Below are positions 48,448-62,138 of a stretch of DNA of 64,000 nt, in pieces. The DNA lies in NCBI RefSeq assembly GCF_001194135.2, contig NC_068999.1:22207021-22271020 (forward strand), in the 5' to 3' direction. The notes under the pieces were generated by a model. That model worked only from the letters and a program-made list of their open reading frames with translations. It did no database searches and was not told where the DNA came from. Origin of the DNA: Octopus bimaculoides. Lineage: Eukaryota. Numbering within the stretch: position 1 is the first letter of the stretch; each line of letters begins with the position of its first letter. Position numbers and translations under genes: made by a program.

Positions 48448-49641
48448 AGCTAGAGAAAAATTAAAGAATACCTACATCACTTTTAGCAAACTATAAGCAA
48501 ATATGGAAAGATAAATTTCCTTTTGTAGAATTACAATGCACTATAGAACATTGCACTCAAACAAACTCGGCTATGAATAAGTATGCTGGCTTGTTGCAGC
48601 AACATACAATGATAAAGTGGGTTAGTTTATAAAGTAATTATAGGCTGATATTAGTTGATATAAACCAAGCATGTCTACTTGTGAATGCATTACAATACAA
48701 TCATACAGAAACATGAGAGGGCACTTAAAAACATGTCTCAACTACTTTATTTATTGGAAAAGTGATACTATGAGGTAGTAGGAAACCAATACATCTTTCA
48801 TTTTTAAGATGCAATGTAAGAGACAATGTATTGCTTTTATTAAAGCTTTATTATTTAGTGAGTCAAAAAAAGAAATTTATAGTCTTAATGAAACATACCT
48901 CAATCAGTGCAATGTGGATTTTTGGTAGTAATATAAATATCTCCTAAGCATTAAAGGTGTTGTGCGGAAGTACTTGAGAATCAGTTTACAGCTCCAGTTT
49001 CATGGTATGAAGCTGCTGAGAATTAAATCCCTCCTGGATAAGATGTTTGTCTATTAGAAGCAATATTCCCAGATGGTTTAATACTGGATAGTTACATACA
49101 TCGAAGCAATGTAGAATGAAACATACTGATCAAAAACTCATTAAGAAGTGGTAGATTTCAATTCACAATACTGTATTTCAGTTATTTTGCTTCAACCACT
49201 TTCAATTGTAGAGTTTTTAGGAACAGAATGTGGCAACATCATCATCATTTAGCATTCATCTTCCATGCTGGTGTGGTTGGACAGTTTGACAGGATCCAGT
49301 AAGCTGGATGACCACATTGAGCTCCAATGGCTGGTTTTGGTAAGGGGGGAGGTCACAGCTGGCTGCCCTCCCTAAACCCAACCACTCCACGGAGTGTACT
49401 TTTTTCTGTGGCACCAGAACAACTGAAGGTTGCCATGTAACTTAAAATAAGAAGCCTCCTGGAAAGAGGTGATATAATATCAGGTGTTGAGAGGCTAAAG
49501 TATGATAGAGAAACAGGCACATGCTATAGAAGAGATACATGGCTACCTGCATTAGGAGTGGATGGGAGTAGCTGGAAAGAAGATAGAGATAGTGGATCAG
49601 GCATACTGTCAGGATACGAGAGTGTGTGTATAAGAGGATAC

Positions 49642-49875
49642 AAGGCGGTGAGCTGGCAGAAACGTTAGCATACCGGGCGAAATGCTTATTGGTATTTCGT
49701 CTGCCGTTATGTTCTGAGTTCAAATTCCGCCGAGGTCGACTTTGCCTTTCATCCTTTCGGGGTCGATTAAATAAGTACCAGTTATGCAGTGAGGTCGATA
49801 TACTCGACTTAATCTGTTTGTCAGTCCTTGTTTGTCCCTTCTGTGTTTAGCCCCTTGTGGGCAGTAAAGAAATAA
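49642..49875 (+). mobile_element. SINE family B, full length, young (CpG-rich)
   Basis: aaggcggtgagctggcagaaacgttagc...gagttcaaattccgccgaggtcgactttgcctttcatcctttcggggtcg...ccccttgtgggcagtaaagaaata. Confidence 0.9.
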
Positions 49876-52800
49876 GAGGATACAGACTGACAATGTGAAG
49901 GTATAGATGGATAAATTTGGAGTGTAAGAAGAGAGTGACAAGTGGTTGTGGATGGGCATGGAAGTGAATGTAGCTGATGGTAAATATCAGTATAAAGAAC
50001 AAGGTAAAAGAAATAGCTCTAGAGGGAAGAGGTGATAAGAAGTGGGAGGAGAGCAGCAGTATAAGCTGTAGATAAATCAGAAAATTGGGAAGGAGAGGGA
50101 GAGGAGGAGGAGGACAAAGTGAACTAGTTGCTGATCGAGACTACCTTACCAAAATTAATTTCACTTATTTTAACTCTAATTACCATTTCTTAAGTTGGAA
50201 TGATATTCAGATGTTTACCCCATTTTTGTTTCTTTCATCAGGTTTCAATGTCCTTTCCATGTCATTACCTTACTTGCTAACCATAAATTCTTATCTCATA
50301 CAAATCAGTTTATGATTTAAATTTCATTGATACTGAGATGTGTAATGTTAGTTGAGACAGTAAAATGCTGGACAACTTGGAAACAGTATAAGTACCAACA
50401 ATGAAAGTAGTGTTCTATCTTATGAGTTGATAAACTATATAACAATAATATACTGTTTAAATTCAATCAGCTATACCCTATCCTAGAAAAATTTACCTTG
50501 TCAAAAAGAAATCAATAAGAACAATTTTCTCTTTGAATAACAGATTAGTGTCAAGTTAAATATTTATTTATGTTTGCTAGTGTCTAACCTTTTGTAAAAT
50601 TTCCATTTGATAGAAATAAATCCTGTATAAATGAAGTCAATTGTATTTTAAGTTAAAATAAAATAATCAATATTGTTGTTTCAATTTAGGCAGATAATAA
50701 TCAATAAAAGCTTTTTCATTATGACATAATATATAATGAATTGTGATAGTTAATTTAAAATATCTATCGGGTGGTTGTATAGTGATGTGTTGGATTTTAA
50801 TTAACTTGACATGAATATTTTAAATATATTTTTAAAAGATTTAGTAGTTATATATGGTAATTAATATTGTGTTATGACATATCCATTTCAGTTTGCTAGC
50901 TAGGATTTCTAACAAATCAAGTACATAAACAACTACTTTGTAATAAATCATCCTGTTTAGCTTAGTCATAAATTTTAGTGAATTTTCTAGGGTATCTAAT
51001 ATACAAGTAAAACCATTTAGATACCAGTTACTTGTTACAGAAGTGAACCAATAAGTTTTCTAAAAAAATGCTCGGTTTAGTCCTAATTAGGCTTGATAAT
51101 GCCTAGACTTGACTTAATTGGCCACTCTTATTACCAACTTAATTCATATGCAGGTTGGGTTAATTTAGACAGTTTCATAAGGTTACTATACTCTGGGATT
51201 TTCCAGAACTAAGGACTGTTATAGTAATTATATCATTACAGTTTTTAATAGTCAACATCAGTTTCTGATCAACAGCTAGAAACTAAATTAGTGATGAGTA
51301 TATGCGGAAAAACACAAATCACTTGTCTTTTATAACTAGAGAAGGTTTTTATCATTTATAATTCTTAGCCACTTATAATTTGACATTTAGACAGGTGCAA
51401 AATTTGGTTACATAAAAGTAGTACTGTTAGGATTCAAATTTCTAAATCATGTACCAGGAATGATGTTTCCAATTACAATTCTCAATAATAAAAGACTATT
51501 ATATTGTCATTTCCAGTAAATATTCAACAATATAATATGGACAACAAATATGCTGGCATTAATAACACATAATACTCCAAGATTTGAGCTAGGAGAAAGA
51601 CAGATACAACCTATTCACAAACACTAAGTAAATGGATATAGAAAAAAATGTTTACTATTCATGTCCACCATGTTGAAACATTAAATAATATTAGAACTTA
51701 TATTTAAAAGGAAGCAAATTTATCAGTTTATAATCTGCTTTACTAATCTTCACAGAATCATTTTTTCAGTTTACTACTTAGCAACACAACAGCTTTAAAG
51801 TAGTAACTATTGAGAAACTTAATGCTGAGTTGGTCTAGCTGATAATATTGTACTATGGCTAGCCACAAAATACTTCTGTTGCTAGCAAAAATACAATATT
51901 GTACATTAAATGCCGATAACTAGAATGAACAAGCAGAAGCAGAAAAAATAATGCCAATCTCAGAAAACTAACAGACACATATGGTTTATTGGTTGCCATT
52001 TTGATGTTATACTTGATACTATATCAGAAATGATGATGATATTAAACAGAGACACACACATACATGAAAGTAGTAAAATAATACTTTTATTGACTACTAA
52101 ACTGACATTGACATGTTAACATTTTCTCTGATAATCCTATTTAAGATCTATGGTACTAGGGAGCAGGATCCTTAATATCAGTCCTGAGGAATTATAAAGC
52201 AATCAAAATTAATATCAATACAATTATTACAATTATTTTCAGTTTATTTATGATAAATTTTTTTTAATCTATTTGATATTTGCGATTGTTATAGATTTAT
52301 CGCTAAAATGCTTGTGCATAACTGGAGATTTATGTCACTTGAAGTATGAGGCTTTGTGCTGATGAGTACATGTGTAAAGTAAAAACATACAATCATTTTT
52401 AACTAGCTTGAAGGAAGCAAAAAGATAGATATGCCTAAATTATGTTATATCAAGGGCAAAGTTTGAACTCATTGTCTTCAATAATATCAGAACGATGACT
52501 TTAAATAGTCATCCATCATACAAATTTAAAAAGTGTTGAAGTAACCAGTTTCCAGTACAAAAGTTATTCTTCCAATCTTCTACATAACTGGAATTCAATA
52601 GTGTAAAAAAATAATCACAATTTGCTCAAGCCTTGCTGCAAGTTATGATCAAAGGTAACAAGAATACGGAATTTCAAATGAAGGGTATAGACAAAATGGT
52701 TAACAGAATATGATATTTACTGAACTATCAGTTTAAGAACATGAATTCATTTCTAGTGTGTTCCCTTGTGTCTCCAAACAGAACACTTAATTTGATGCTT

Positions 52801-55186
52801 GAAATCTATCTTTTATCTAACCAATGTTTTTAAACTAGAGTTAAGTGCCAGCCCTTATAAAACATTTGAAGAATTAGCGACAGACATTTAAAAAAATATA
52901 TTTTAGGATAGTGAAATAACCCAGTAATTATTTAAATCCCTATTAAGCTCAATTATATGGAACCTTTATTTCCCATCTAATTGATTATATTTAAAAGGCA
53001 TTAACCAATAAGTGCTCTTGAAGATGTGAAAATTTTCAACAAGATACAGAATGTAAATTTTTCATGTAATAAATGGTGCCTATACATCATAAATCTAAAC
53101 ACTGTTGCTTTATGAGACTGAAGAGACTACTTCAAAAATGTAAATTGATGTTTTGGTACTTCAGAAAAGAGGCAGTCAGTACTTCATGAAACATCTAAAT
53201 AAGATGTTTCACATCTTATTCAAATGTTAATTGGTAGATCATTGCTATAAGATATTAAGTGTCAGGCACTACATTTATAAATTTAAATTCCCACAGAACT
53301 ATGCTTTACAATCATACAAAAAGGATAATAAAGATGAGAGAAATGCAACACATTTCTTTCTATTTGCTTATATTTTCATTTGAACAAAGAGCTCTGCCCA
53401 AACAATTGCTTTAGCTTCATCTTATAGTAAACCACTATAAATTTCTTTTGGTTTTATTACCAATCAGATTTATACAGATGAAAACTATCCTTCATTAGTA
53501 ATACAGGCCAGTCTATATAAAACCACTCTTATTTTATGCTTGAATGCTTAGCACAGAATTTGGCTTTTCAGCAATAAAATACTGTTTCAATACAACATGC
53601 AAATATCTAAACCTATAGAACCATCTAAACCTAAATAAATAAAATACTAAATATCTAACTAGCCTTTTGTTTTATTATGGATCATGCTCTTACTAAATAA
53701 CTGTTGGAATTTCATGACTCTGCTTGCCTTAATTTACATATTAAAAGCAGATTCAATTTCTGCTAATTATAGGAATAGTTAAAGTATATATGGGCATCCA
53801 GCTGTAAAAAACATGCATCCAAATAAAAACCACTTTGTTCAAACCAGAAATGCAAAACAACAAAAACAAAAAAAAGGAACTGTGTTCGAGGCAAGGTTAA
53901 TAGAAATTGCTCTATCAGTAGTGTGCCAAACTAAATATAATCACATTTAGATTTGTTCATTCGTTTACATATTTACACCTTGCTCAACTTATGTTTGCTT
54001 TTAACTCCATTACACAGGTTAATTAAATTAAATTTTAGCAATATAATGATGATGGTGATTCTGTTGACAATACTTCCTGTTTTACAAAAACTGACCTTGT
54101 ATTTACTAGAAGAAAAAAAAAGATCAATATGCTTAGAGTTTAAAATGTTAAAGCCTTCATTGTATTGAAAGTAAATCTCTTCCAGATAATCATGATGAAA
54201 CAAGAAAAATACCCTTAAATGAGGGGACTCTCTTTGATTGAATATTACATGTGAGAAGTAGTTTTATTAGGAAATTAAATTATATAAATAAATGAAATTT
54301 ATGACCAAGACGGTTTAGAAAAACCAATTTAATGTCTCAAATGGAAGGTTTTTAATTATAACTACCTCTATAATTATTATATTTTTAATAGAATGGATAA
54401 CTATACTGTTCTCTTTTGAATCGTTCAAAGTTGCTTTGGCATATAATGTCATCAAATAGATTGCATCTATAATAAAACAGACCAGAGATCTATCTACTGT
54501 TTTTGATAAGAAGAAAAGTAGCTTAATGACAGCTTCAGAACTTAGAATGTCTACAAAAAGAAAAACATGTAGGTAAAACATGTTTAATAAAAAGATTAGT
54601 GTCTCTTCAATCTTTCTCTTTCTAAAGGACACACAAAAATCTGATATCTAAAAAATACTAAAATATACAGCTAACCATTTGATAGGTGAGAACTCTTCAC
54701 CAACATATTACAACTACTAGTACACAAAAACATTTTATTTCCTTTCTATCACTATTACAATGGATTGCATTGTTGTAAACTGCACACCACTCCTTCACAT
54801 GCTCAACTAATGCACATATTTGACAATATATTATTTTTAAAGAGTGGGAGGTTAGTTACATTTTTAGAAAGCTTTCAACTCAAATATTTTAATTCAGAAT
54901 GACTCCTAGGTGAAGGCATGTTTATTCAATAACTACTGAATCAGCACTTTAGAAAAGATTGCCTTTATTGTTAAACTCTAAACTCATATTAAAAAAAAAA
55001 AATTAGAAACAATATATAACTAAACCTACCAGTAATATATAAAGTGGGTAAAAGAAAGGGAGAGAAAGAAACATAATGAAGAGGTAAATATTTGTGCTGG
55101 GGGGATTCTGGTCTTAGATATGAGTACACAACTTCTAATAATGTCAGAGATTTTAAATGTTTAAGCAATAGAGAAATATTTCTGTT

Positions 55187-55897
55187 ATTGTTGTATTTCA
55201 AGATGGTCTGGTCATTTTCTTTTCTTTTCTTTTTTTGCCAAATAAACACACGCACTATTTTTTCTTCACTTGTTTATTACTGTTCTTATTTTGTTATTTT
55301 AATTCATGTCCATTGTCCAGAAATCTTTTGTTCCACCTGACTTTTCAGTGACACTTTTTGTTTTCGTGTGTCTTCCTGCTCCACTTACTCCATTCTGTTC
55401 TTCTAAGATATATATTCTCTGGTTAGTTGTAGTTTTTCTACCTTGTTAATGACCATCCTGGAGTAAGTCCTGGAGGAGACACATAGTTTTACGAAGTGAA
55501 GTTGTTGCATTGTGATGATCTTAAGACAACAGAATATAGTGTTTTTCAATGTCTTGCTAGCCTGGCTAAGGCTTACGTCATTACGTTTGTCAATTTGTGT
55601 TGCAAGATTCATGATGTGAAATTGTGTGTTGAAACAGATATTGTTGTATTTCAGGATGGTCTTTTTTCTTCTTTATTTTTTGCCAAATAAACACACACAA
55701 ACTATATATTTTTTCTTCACTCATTTATTAATGCTCTTATTTTATTATTTTAACGCATGTCCATTGTCCGGAAATCTTTTGTCACACATCTGTGACCTCT
55801 TCAGTGACACTTATCGTTTTTGTGTGTGTTCTTGCTCCACCTACACCATTCTGTTTCAACACACGATTTCACATCAGGCATCTTGCAACACAAATTG
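55187..55897. repeat. Compound direct + inverted repeat, possibly Penelope-like terminal repeats
   Basis: Direct repeat about 55187-55399 vs 55640-55855; second copy bracketed by a 48-bp inverted repeat 55591-55638 / 55850-55897 (45/48 identical). Confidence 0.8.
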
Positions 55898-56088
55898 GTA
55901 AATATTTCTTCCTTTGGATGAAACACTAATTTAATGCACTTGTTGGTCATGGAAGGATAGGAAGGATTCAAACAGCATGTTAATGACACACTAGTGACAT
56001 TTACTATTATGTTTTGTGCCTCCCACCTCTATTTATTGTATAATTTTCTAGACTGGACAAGTGTGAGTTACGTGTTTGTTCATGGATA

Positions 56089-56250
56089 GGCGAAGGAGTA
56101 GCTGTGTGGTAAGTAGCTTGTTTACCAACCACATAGTTCTGGGTTCAGTCCCACTGCATGGTACCTTGGGCAAGTGTCTTCTACTATAGCCTCGGGCTGA
56201 CCAAAGCCTTATGAGTGGATTTGGTAGATGGAAATTGAAAGAAGCCTGTC

Positions 56251-56298
<48 letters not shown>
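56089..56298 (+). mobile_element. SINE family A, 5' half running into (TG)n and gap
   Basis: ggcgaaggagtagctgtgtggtaag...ccttgggcaagtgtcttctactatagcc...gaaagaagcctgtc. Confidence 0.88.
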
Positions 56299-57037
56299 NN
56301 NNNNNNNNNNNNNNNNNNNNNNNNNNNNNNNNNNNNNNNNNNNNNNNNNNNNNNNNNNNNNNNNNNNNNNNNNNNNNNNNNNNNNNNNNNNNNNNNNNNN
56401 NNNNNNNNNNNNNNNNNNNNNNNNNNNNNNNNNNNNNNNNNNNNNNNNNNNNNNNNNNNNNNNNNNNNNNNNNNNNNNNNNNNNNNNNNNNNNNNNNNNN
56501 NNNNNNNNNNNNNNNNNNNNNNNNNNNNNNNNNNNNNNNNNNNNNNNNNNNNNNNNNNNNNNNNNNNNNNNNNNNNNNNNNNNNNNNNNNNNNNNNNNNN
56601 NNNNNNNNNNNNNNNNNNNNNNNNNNNNNNNNNNNNNNNNNNNNNNNNNNNNNNNNNNNNNNNNNNNNNNNNNNNNNNNNNNNNNNNNNNNNNNNNNNNN
56701 NNNNNNNNNNNNNNNNNNNNNNNNNNNNNNNNNNNNNNNNNNNNNNNNNNNNNNNNNNNNNNNNNNNNNNNNNNNNNNNNNNNNNNNNNNNNNNNNNNNN
56801 NNNNNNNNNNNNNNNNNNNNNNNNNNNNNNNNNNNNNNNNNNNNNNNNNNNNNNNNNNNNNNNNNNNNNNNNNNNNNNNNNNNNNNNNNNNNNNNNNNNN
56901 NNNNNNNNNNNNNNNNNNNNNNNNNNNNNNNNNNNNNNNNNNNNNNNNNNNNNNNNNNNNNNNNNNNNNNNNNNNNNNNNNNNNNNNNNNNNNNNNNNNN
57001 NNNNNNNNNNNNNNNNNNNNNNNNNNNNNNNNNNNNN

Positions 57038-57312
57038 GGTGAGGCCCAATGTACGAAGGTCTTGCCTCACCACCTCAGCCCAGGTTTTCCTGGGCCTACC
57101 TCTTCCACGGGTTCCCTCAACTGTTAGGGTGTGGCACTTTTTCACGCAGCTATCCTCCTCCATTCTCACCACATGTCCATACCAGCGCAATCGTCTCTCT
57201 TGCACGCCACAACTGATGCTTCTAATGTTCAGCTTTTCTCTCAAGATACTTACACTCTGACGGGTATTCACATTGACATTACACATCCAACGGAGCATAC
57301 TGGCTTCATTCC
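57038..57312 (-). mobile_element. RTE LINE C-terminus, uninterrupted frame (young)
   Basis: MLRWMCNVNVNTRQSVSILREKLNIRSISCGVQERRLRWYGHVVRMEEDSCVKKCHTLTVEGTRGRGRPRKTWAEVVRQDLRTLGLT, no stops up to the gap. Confidence 0.92.
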
Positions 57313-57769
57313 ATATATATATATATATATATATGTGTCATTTATCCATGTTTACATGCATGTTCTGGATGGGTCTTTTCCAGCACAGCATCTGACTACT
57401 TATTGAAATCCTTTGTCATTTCCTTTGTGAGGGTCAGCCTTTCAAGAACAACATTCACCACTCTATCCTCTTCAGTAGGTTCCTTCCTCTTGGACTGCTT
57501 ACCAATTATTTACTTAACTGCTGCTGCTGCCACCTCTGTTCCTGCCACCACCACCCCACTATGCATCACATGTTCATACCAATTCAATCATATCTCTAGA
57601 TCATTACATCTGATTACTTCTATACTCAATTTTTCTCAGTTCATTTATGCTATCATTCACGCATAAAAATATCATGCATCTAGTAGAAGAGCATCCTTGC
57701 TTCATTTCGTTCAAGCTTTCACATATCCTTTGTGCAGTCATAGCCTAGGTTTTGTACAATGCAACATCA

Positions 57770-58090
57770 TCTATATATTTAAAGATGTGAATGTGTCTGT
57801 CTGTGTGTCTGAATGAATGCCTAAAACTCGAGAACTACACAACTGATTTCATTCAAATTTTACACATGCCTTACTTAGAGTCCATGTGTCATGGGCCAAA
57901 ACAATTTTCTACTTTTTGCCTAATGTGAGCCCAGAGCAATCCCTTATCTCTTACACTATTTCAGTATTACGTGTCAAAAGTGAAACAATAACATCCCTCA
58001 ATTGTAATGTGAGATACTTTCAGCTTCATAGTTGTACTATGAATTCTGAAACTATTATCTCACATATATACATGCATACATAAATACACG

Positions 58091-58100
<10 letters not shown>
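57770..58100 (+). mobile_element. Non-autonomous Helitron-like 5' end
   Basis: A|TCtatatatttaaagatgtgaatgtgtctgtctgt...cctaaaactcgagaactacacaactgatttcattcaaattttacac: 5'-TC after A and the TCTATATA...(ctgt)n...AC.GATTT...AAATT layout typical of animal non-autonomous Helitrons; no CTAG 3' end found. Confidence 0.55.

Positions 58101-58141
<41 letters not shown>
58096..58141. repeat. (TA)n microsatellite
   Basis: Direct reading. Confidence 0.95.
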
Positions 58142-58144
<3 letters not shown>

Positions 58145-58674
58145 GTATAGAATTAATTTCATAGTGTAGGTTCTCTCTATACAGTTAATTTTTCAATGTA
58201 TAAGGAAGTGTTGTGATTTGGGCATGGTTTGATTGGCTGAATATCTTTTCTATCATCAACCGCTTAAAACAGAATGGGTGCACTTTATGGTGCTGCAAGG
58301 ACTGAAAAGGCTGTCAGACAAAACAACCTCTATTACACTGTGCAATCACTTACAGTTACAGCTCTTCTGCACAGGTTGCCTTGCTGCAGCTTCAAGAATC
58401 TCCACATTTACTCAATGCAGATTTTATACAATTATTGCTCTCCTAATGCTATGGGTCCTGGGTTTCTAACAACTCTCATCAATAAACACGTTTGTCAGCT
58501 AAAGTCATTGACAAGCCAGCCATGTAACAAGTTGTACTGGATAGCATGTTAACAACAGCTCACGTACACACAAACACACACACACACAAATCCATACATG
58601 TATAAATACATATATACACACACACATACATACATATATATATATGCACATACACTTGTATGTACACATGCACT

Positions 58675-58882
58675 CATGCTGGCAGAACCGTTAGCATGCC
58701 AGGTGAACTACTTAGCAGTATTTCATCTGCTGCTAAGTTCTGAGTTCAAATTCCATTGAGATCGACTTTGCCTTTCATTCTTTTGGGATCGATAAAATAA
58801 GTACCAGTTGAACACTGGAGTCAATATAATTGACTCATTTCCTCCCCCAAAATTGCTGCCCTTGTGGCAAAATTTGAAGCTT
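58675..58882 (+). mobile_element. SINE family B
   Basis: gctggcagaaccgttagcatgcc...gagttcaaattccattgagatcgactttgcc...aataagtaccagttgaacactgg. Confidence 0.8.
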
Positions 58883-59998
58883 TTATTATTGTTGTTGTTA
58901 TTATTCTTATTTTTTCTTTCCACATGTAATTGACTTAAGAGAAGTAAAAGTCACAACAATCATAAAACAACATCAGCTATCAAGTCATATGTTCTAAAAT
59001 TCAAACTTCATCTCATTAGATATAAAAACAATTCCAAGCAATTCATTTTTTAAATATATATTCTTTTTCATTTTCCTAGGAAGGGTGAGCTACATTTCTT
59101 TGCAGGGTAAGAGTGGCTAGTTACTATTTTTGATGGATTGTAGAGCAACAATCATAGTGGAAACATACTTAGATTGCACTTGCTGTACAAACATGTTTGC
59201 TTCAGATCTCAGTGTTGCCAATAACTGAAGAATGTTTACCATTTCCCCTTCTTCCTTAGCATTAAGGATAACTGAATAGCATTTTCAAACAGTTTATCTT
59301 AAAAAGACTCATATGCATATACTCACAAATGTCAAATCCTTCAAAAAAGCTTCTTTTATTTTTTGTACATGTTTTCCAGATCTATTAACAAACTCTAAGC
59401 TGATCCAATATAGTCAACAAAACTATATCTGGACATACTTCATTTGTTTACTGTTCATCATAGAAGTCTTTCCAGGCTTCTTGACATGTCTTGACATATG
59501 TGCATGGATTGTAAACAAAAGCCTCACTGTTCATATACATAGTGCCATCTGCAATAGCATGACCAGGCCATTTGTTGTTTGATAGATTGAGGGATTGGAA
59601 ACATGTGAAAATTGGCAACAGGAAGGGCATCTGACTTTAGAAAATTCTTCCACAATGAAGTCTTGTTTGACCCATGCAGGCATACAAAAGTAGATATTAA
59701 AATGATGATGATGATAATGACTACAACAGCTGAATGTTATAATTTTATAATGAAACTTTCTGTCCGCAAAAGATTTTAGAGCCTTGGTCTTCCACTGTAG
59801 GGTTGGATTGTGGAGGAAATTTTGGTAGCTAGAATCTGTGCAGAAACCTGGTAAGTAGCTAGCTTACCAACCACATGGTCCCGGGTTCAGTCCCACTGNN
59901 NNNNNNNNNNNNNNNNNNNNNNNNNNNNNNNNNNNNNNNNNNNNNNNNNNNNNNNNNNNNNNNNNNNNNNNNNNNNNNNNNNNNNNNNNNNNNNNNNN

Positions 59999-60049
59999 CC
60001 ATTTCTCCGCTAGAAGTATTCCTACGCCCCCGACCCCGTCAGTGTTCAA
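59999..60049 (-). mobile_element. RTE endonuclease fragment at gap edge
   Basis: NTDGVGGVGILLAEKW, same family as positions 268-314. Confidence 0.8.
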
Positions 60050-60064
60050 TCAATTAACTATACC

Positions 60065-60212
60065 TCATCATCATCGTTTAACGTCCGCTTTCCATGCTAG
60101 CATGGGTTGGACGATTTGACTGAGGACTGGTGCAACCGGATGGCTACACCAGGCTCCAATCTAATTTGGCAGAGTTTCTACAGCTGGATGCCCTTCCTAA
60201 CGCCAACCACTC
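60065..60212 (-). mobile_element. Family E RTE-tailed repeat, 3' end
   Basis: Near-identical to the corresponding part of the 5216 copy. Confidence 0.85.
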
Positions 60213-60489
60213 AATGCATATATATATATATATATATATAATTATTCTCAAACAATTAACTATCACAAGAATGTATTTTGTTTATGACTCTGCATATTTG
60301 TGGCATAAGTTTCTTTAAGCAAAATGGCAACTTGAATGGAAAGACAAAAAAGGATGTATTTAACTTGATATTGTATATAACTTGTATTGATATAACTTCT
60401 ATTGTATAATTTTATAATTTAAGTTTATTACAGCAATCTTAAAGAAACTATGTTGCTGAATTCTATTTATATTATAGCTCATTAATTTT

Positions 60490-62106
60490 ACAGTATGTCA
60501 ATCTTGGTGCTAGGAAGGAAAATGCAGACAATATTCACAGAAATATTTGGAATTGGGTTTTGTTTCTTCAATCACTAGTGCATCTGCTATGTGAAAAAGA
60601 TACTGTGATGAAAATTTTGAAGATGAACAACTACCATTACATGATATATTCAGATAAATAAAAGAAATTTTTCAATTTTTTTGACAAAAAGAAAAGGGTT
60701 TGTAAAGTATCTAACATTAACCTCATTTCTTGACTCACTATTTTGTATTGAAACTGAAGGGTGAATGAAGATCTCTTACAATATATACTTTAACATAGCA
60801 AGAAAAAAAAGTGCAAAATATGATTGAAAAGGATATTATTGCACCAGCAGTAAAGAAAGTCATCAAAGTTATTTTGAAGATTCTGAACCTATTTTTAAGG
60901 TTATTCCTCTGAGCAACAATATACTATAGTATGATATTGATGAGATGACACTTATCAATAATGTGCTGCAATAACTTTGGAAAATCTATGGTGTAACGGT
61001 TCTATCTCTTGTAAGTTCTAATATTCTCATGGCCTACGTAAGGTGTTGTAGTATAAATGCATTGTTGATGAATTTCTCTTCAAAATATCTTAAGGCTTAG
61101 TCAACTAAGGAAACAGTTTCTTTAGAAAAATACTTCAGATAATACACTAGGGTAACATCATGGCCAATAAGGCAAATCTTAGGGGTGGGTATTATTAAAT
61201 GAAAAACTATTTGCCTTAATATGATTATGGCAGTTGCTACTGATGTCACATGACTATGATTGATAGATACGAAGTGTTTCCAGCGTTGTTAAAGAAAAAA
61301 AAAAAAGCCCAATGTAAACTGTCCACAGTGTGTCTTGTACAGAAAATATGTTGTAACAAAAAGAAAAACAAAAAAACTCAGTGGACCACTTCACTGTACC
61401 TTGAAAACATACATTAACCCTTCAGTATTTAGATTATTCTGTCGAATATAATGCTTGTGTATTGACATTGTTTTAAATCAATCATGCCTTATTTCATAGT
61501 TTCAAGATTTCAATGATGCAATTGTTATCTTATGAATGACATTGTAGGGTAAGTGTGAGAGGCCAGATCATGCTGGTTTAAACAGAAAACAGGTAAAATA
61601 TTTGGGTTAGATGTGGTTGGTTTAAATGCTAAGTTTATAAAAGCAAACCAGCACAGTTCTCAACAATTTGCATTATTATGTTAAAGTAATGATAAAAAAA
61701 AGCTTTAACCAATGAAGCTTGAAACAGCACTTTTGCATACTGATGTAAAGTGCTTATCCAAAGAAGATAGCTTACAAAAATGTTAGTTGAATGTTTTGAT
61801 TCACCTGTTGAGTTCCTTCCTTTACGAGGTGGATTTATCATTTAGTGAAGAACTGCAGCTGTGTAAAAATACCTGCTTTATTTAGCTGACATTTTCTAAA
61901 TCAGTACTTCTGAAAGTGAGTGGTTCTGCCTCCTAGAGGCATGGCAGAAAATTTGAAGCAAGTTCTGGGGGACAAAGGTGATACGTACATCTATAGATGT
62001 AAGGTTTTGATAAACTGTTTGTTAGTCATGATCACAATAATAACAATGACAACATGAACAATAATAATAGACTTCAAAATGTAAATAAGCAAAAACACAG
62101 AGCCAA

Positions 62107-62138
<32 letters not shown>

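Noticed and set aside
52359-52392. CTGATGAGTAC...AAAAC hammerhead-like motif
   Set aside because: Helix II incomplete and G12 absent.
54315-54632. 105-aa minus ORF with an internal good acceptor (ttttctttttgtAG)
   Set aside because: No similarity to Src N-terminus/SH3 or any family I recognise; composition is intron-like; no clear donor.
59320-59630. Minus ORF and donor-like ...GACATTT|GTGAGT
   Set aside because: Upstream in-frame stop, no convincing acceptor and no recognisable protein.
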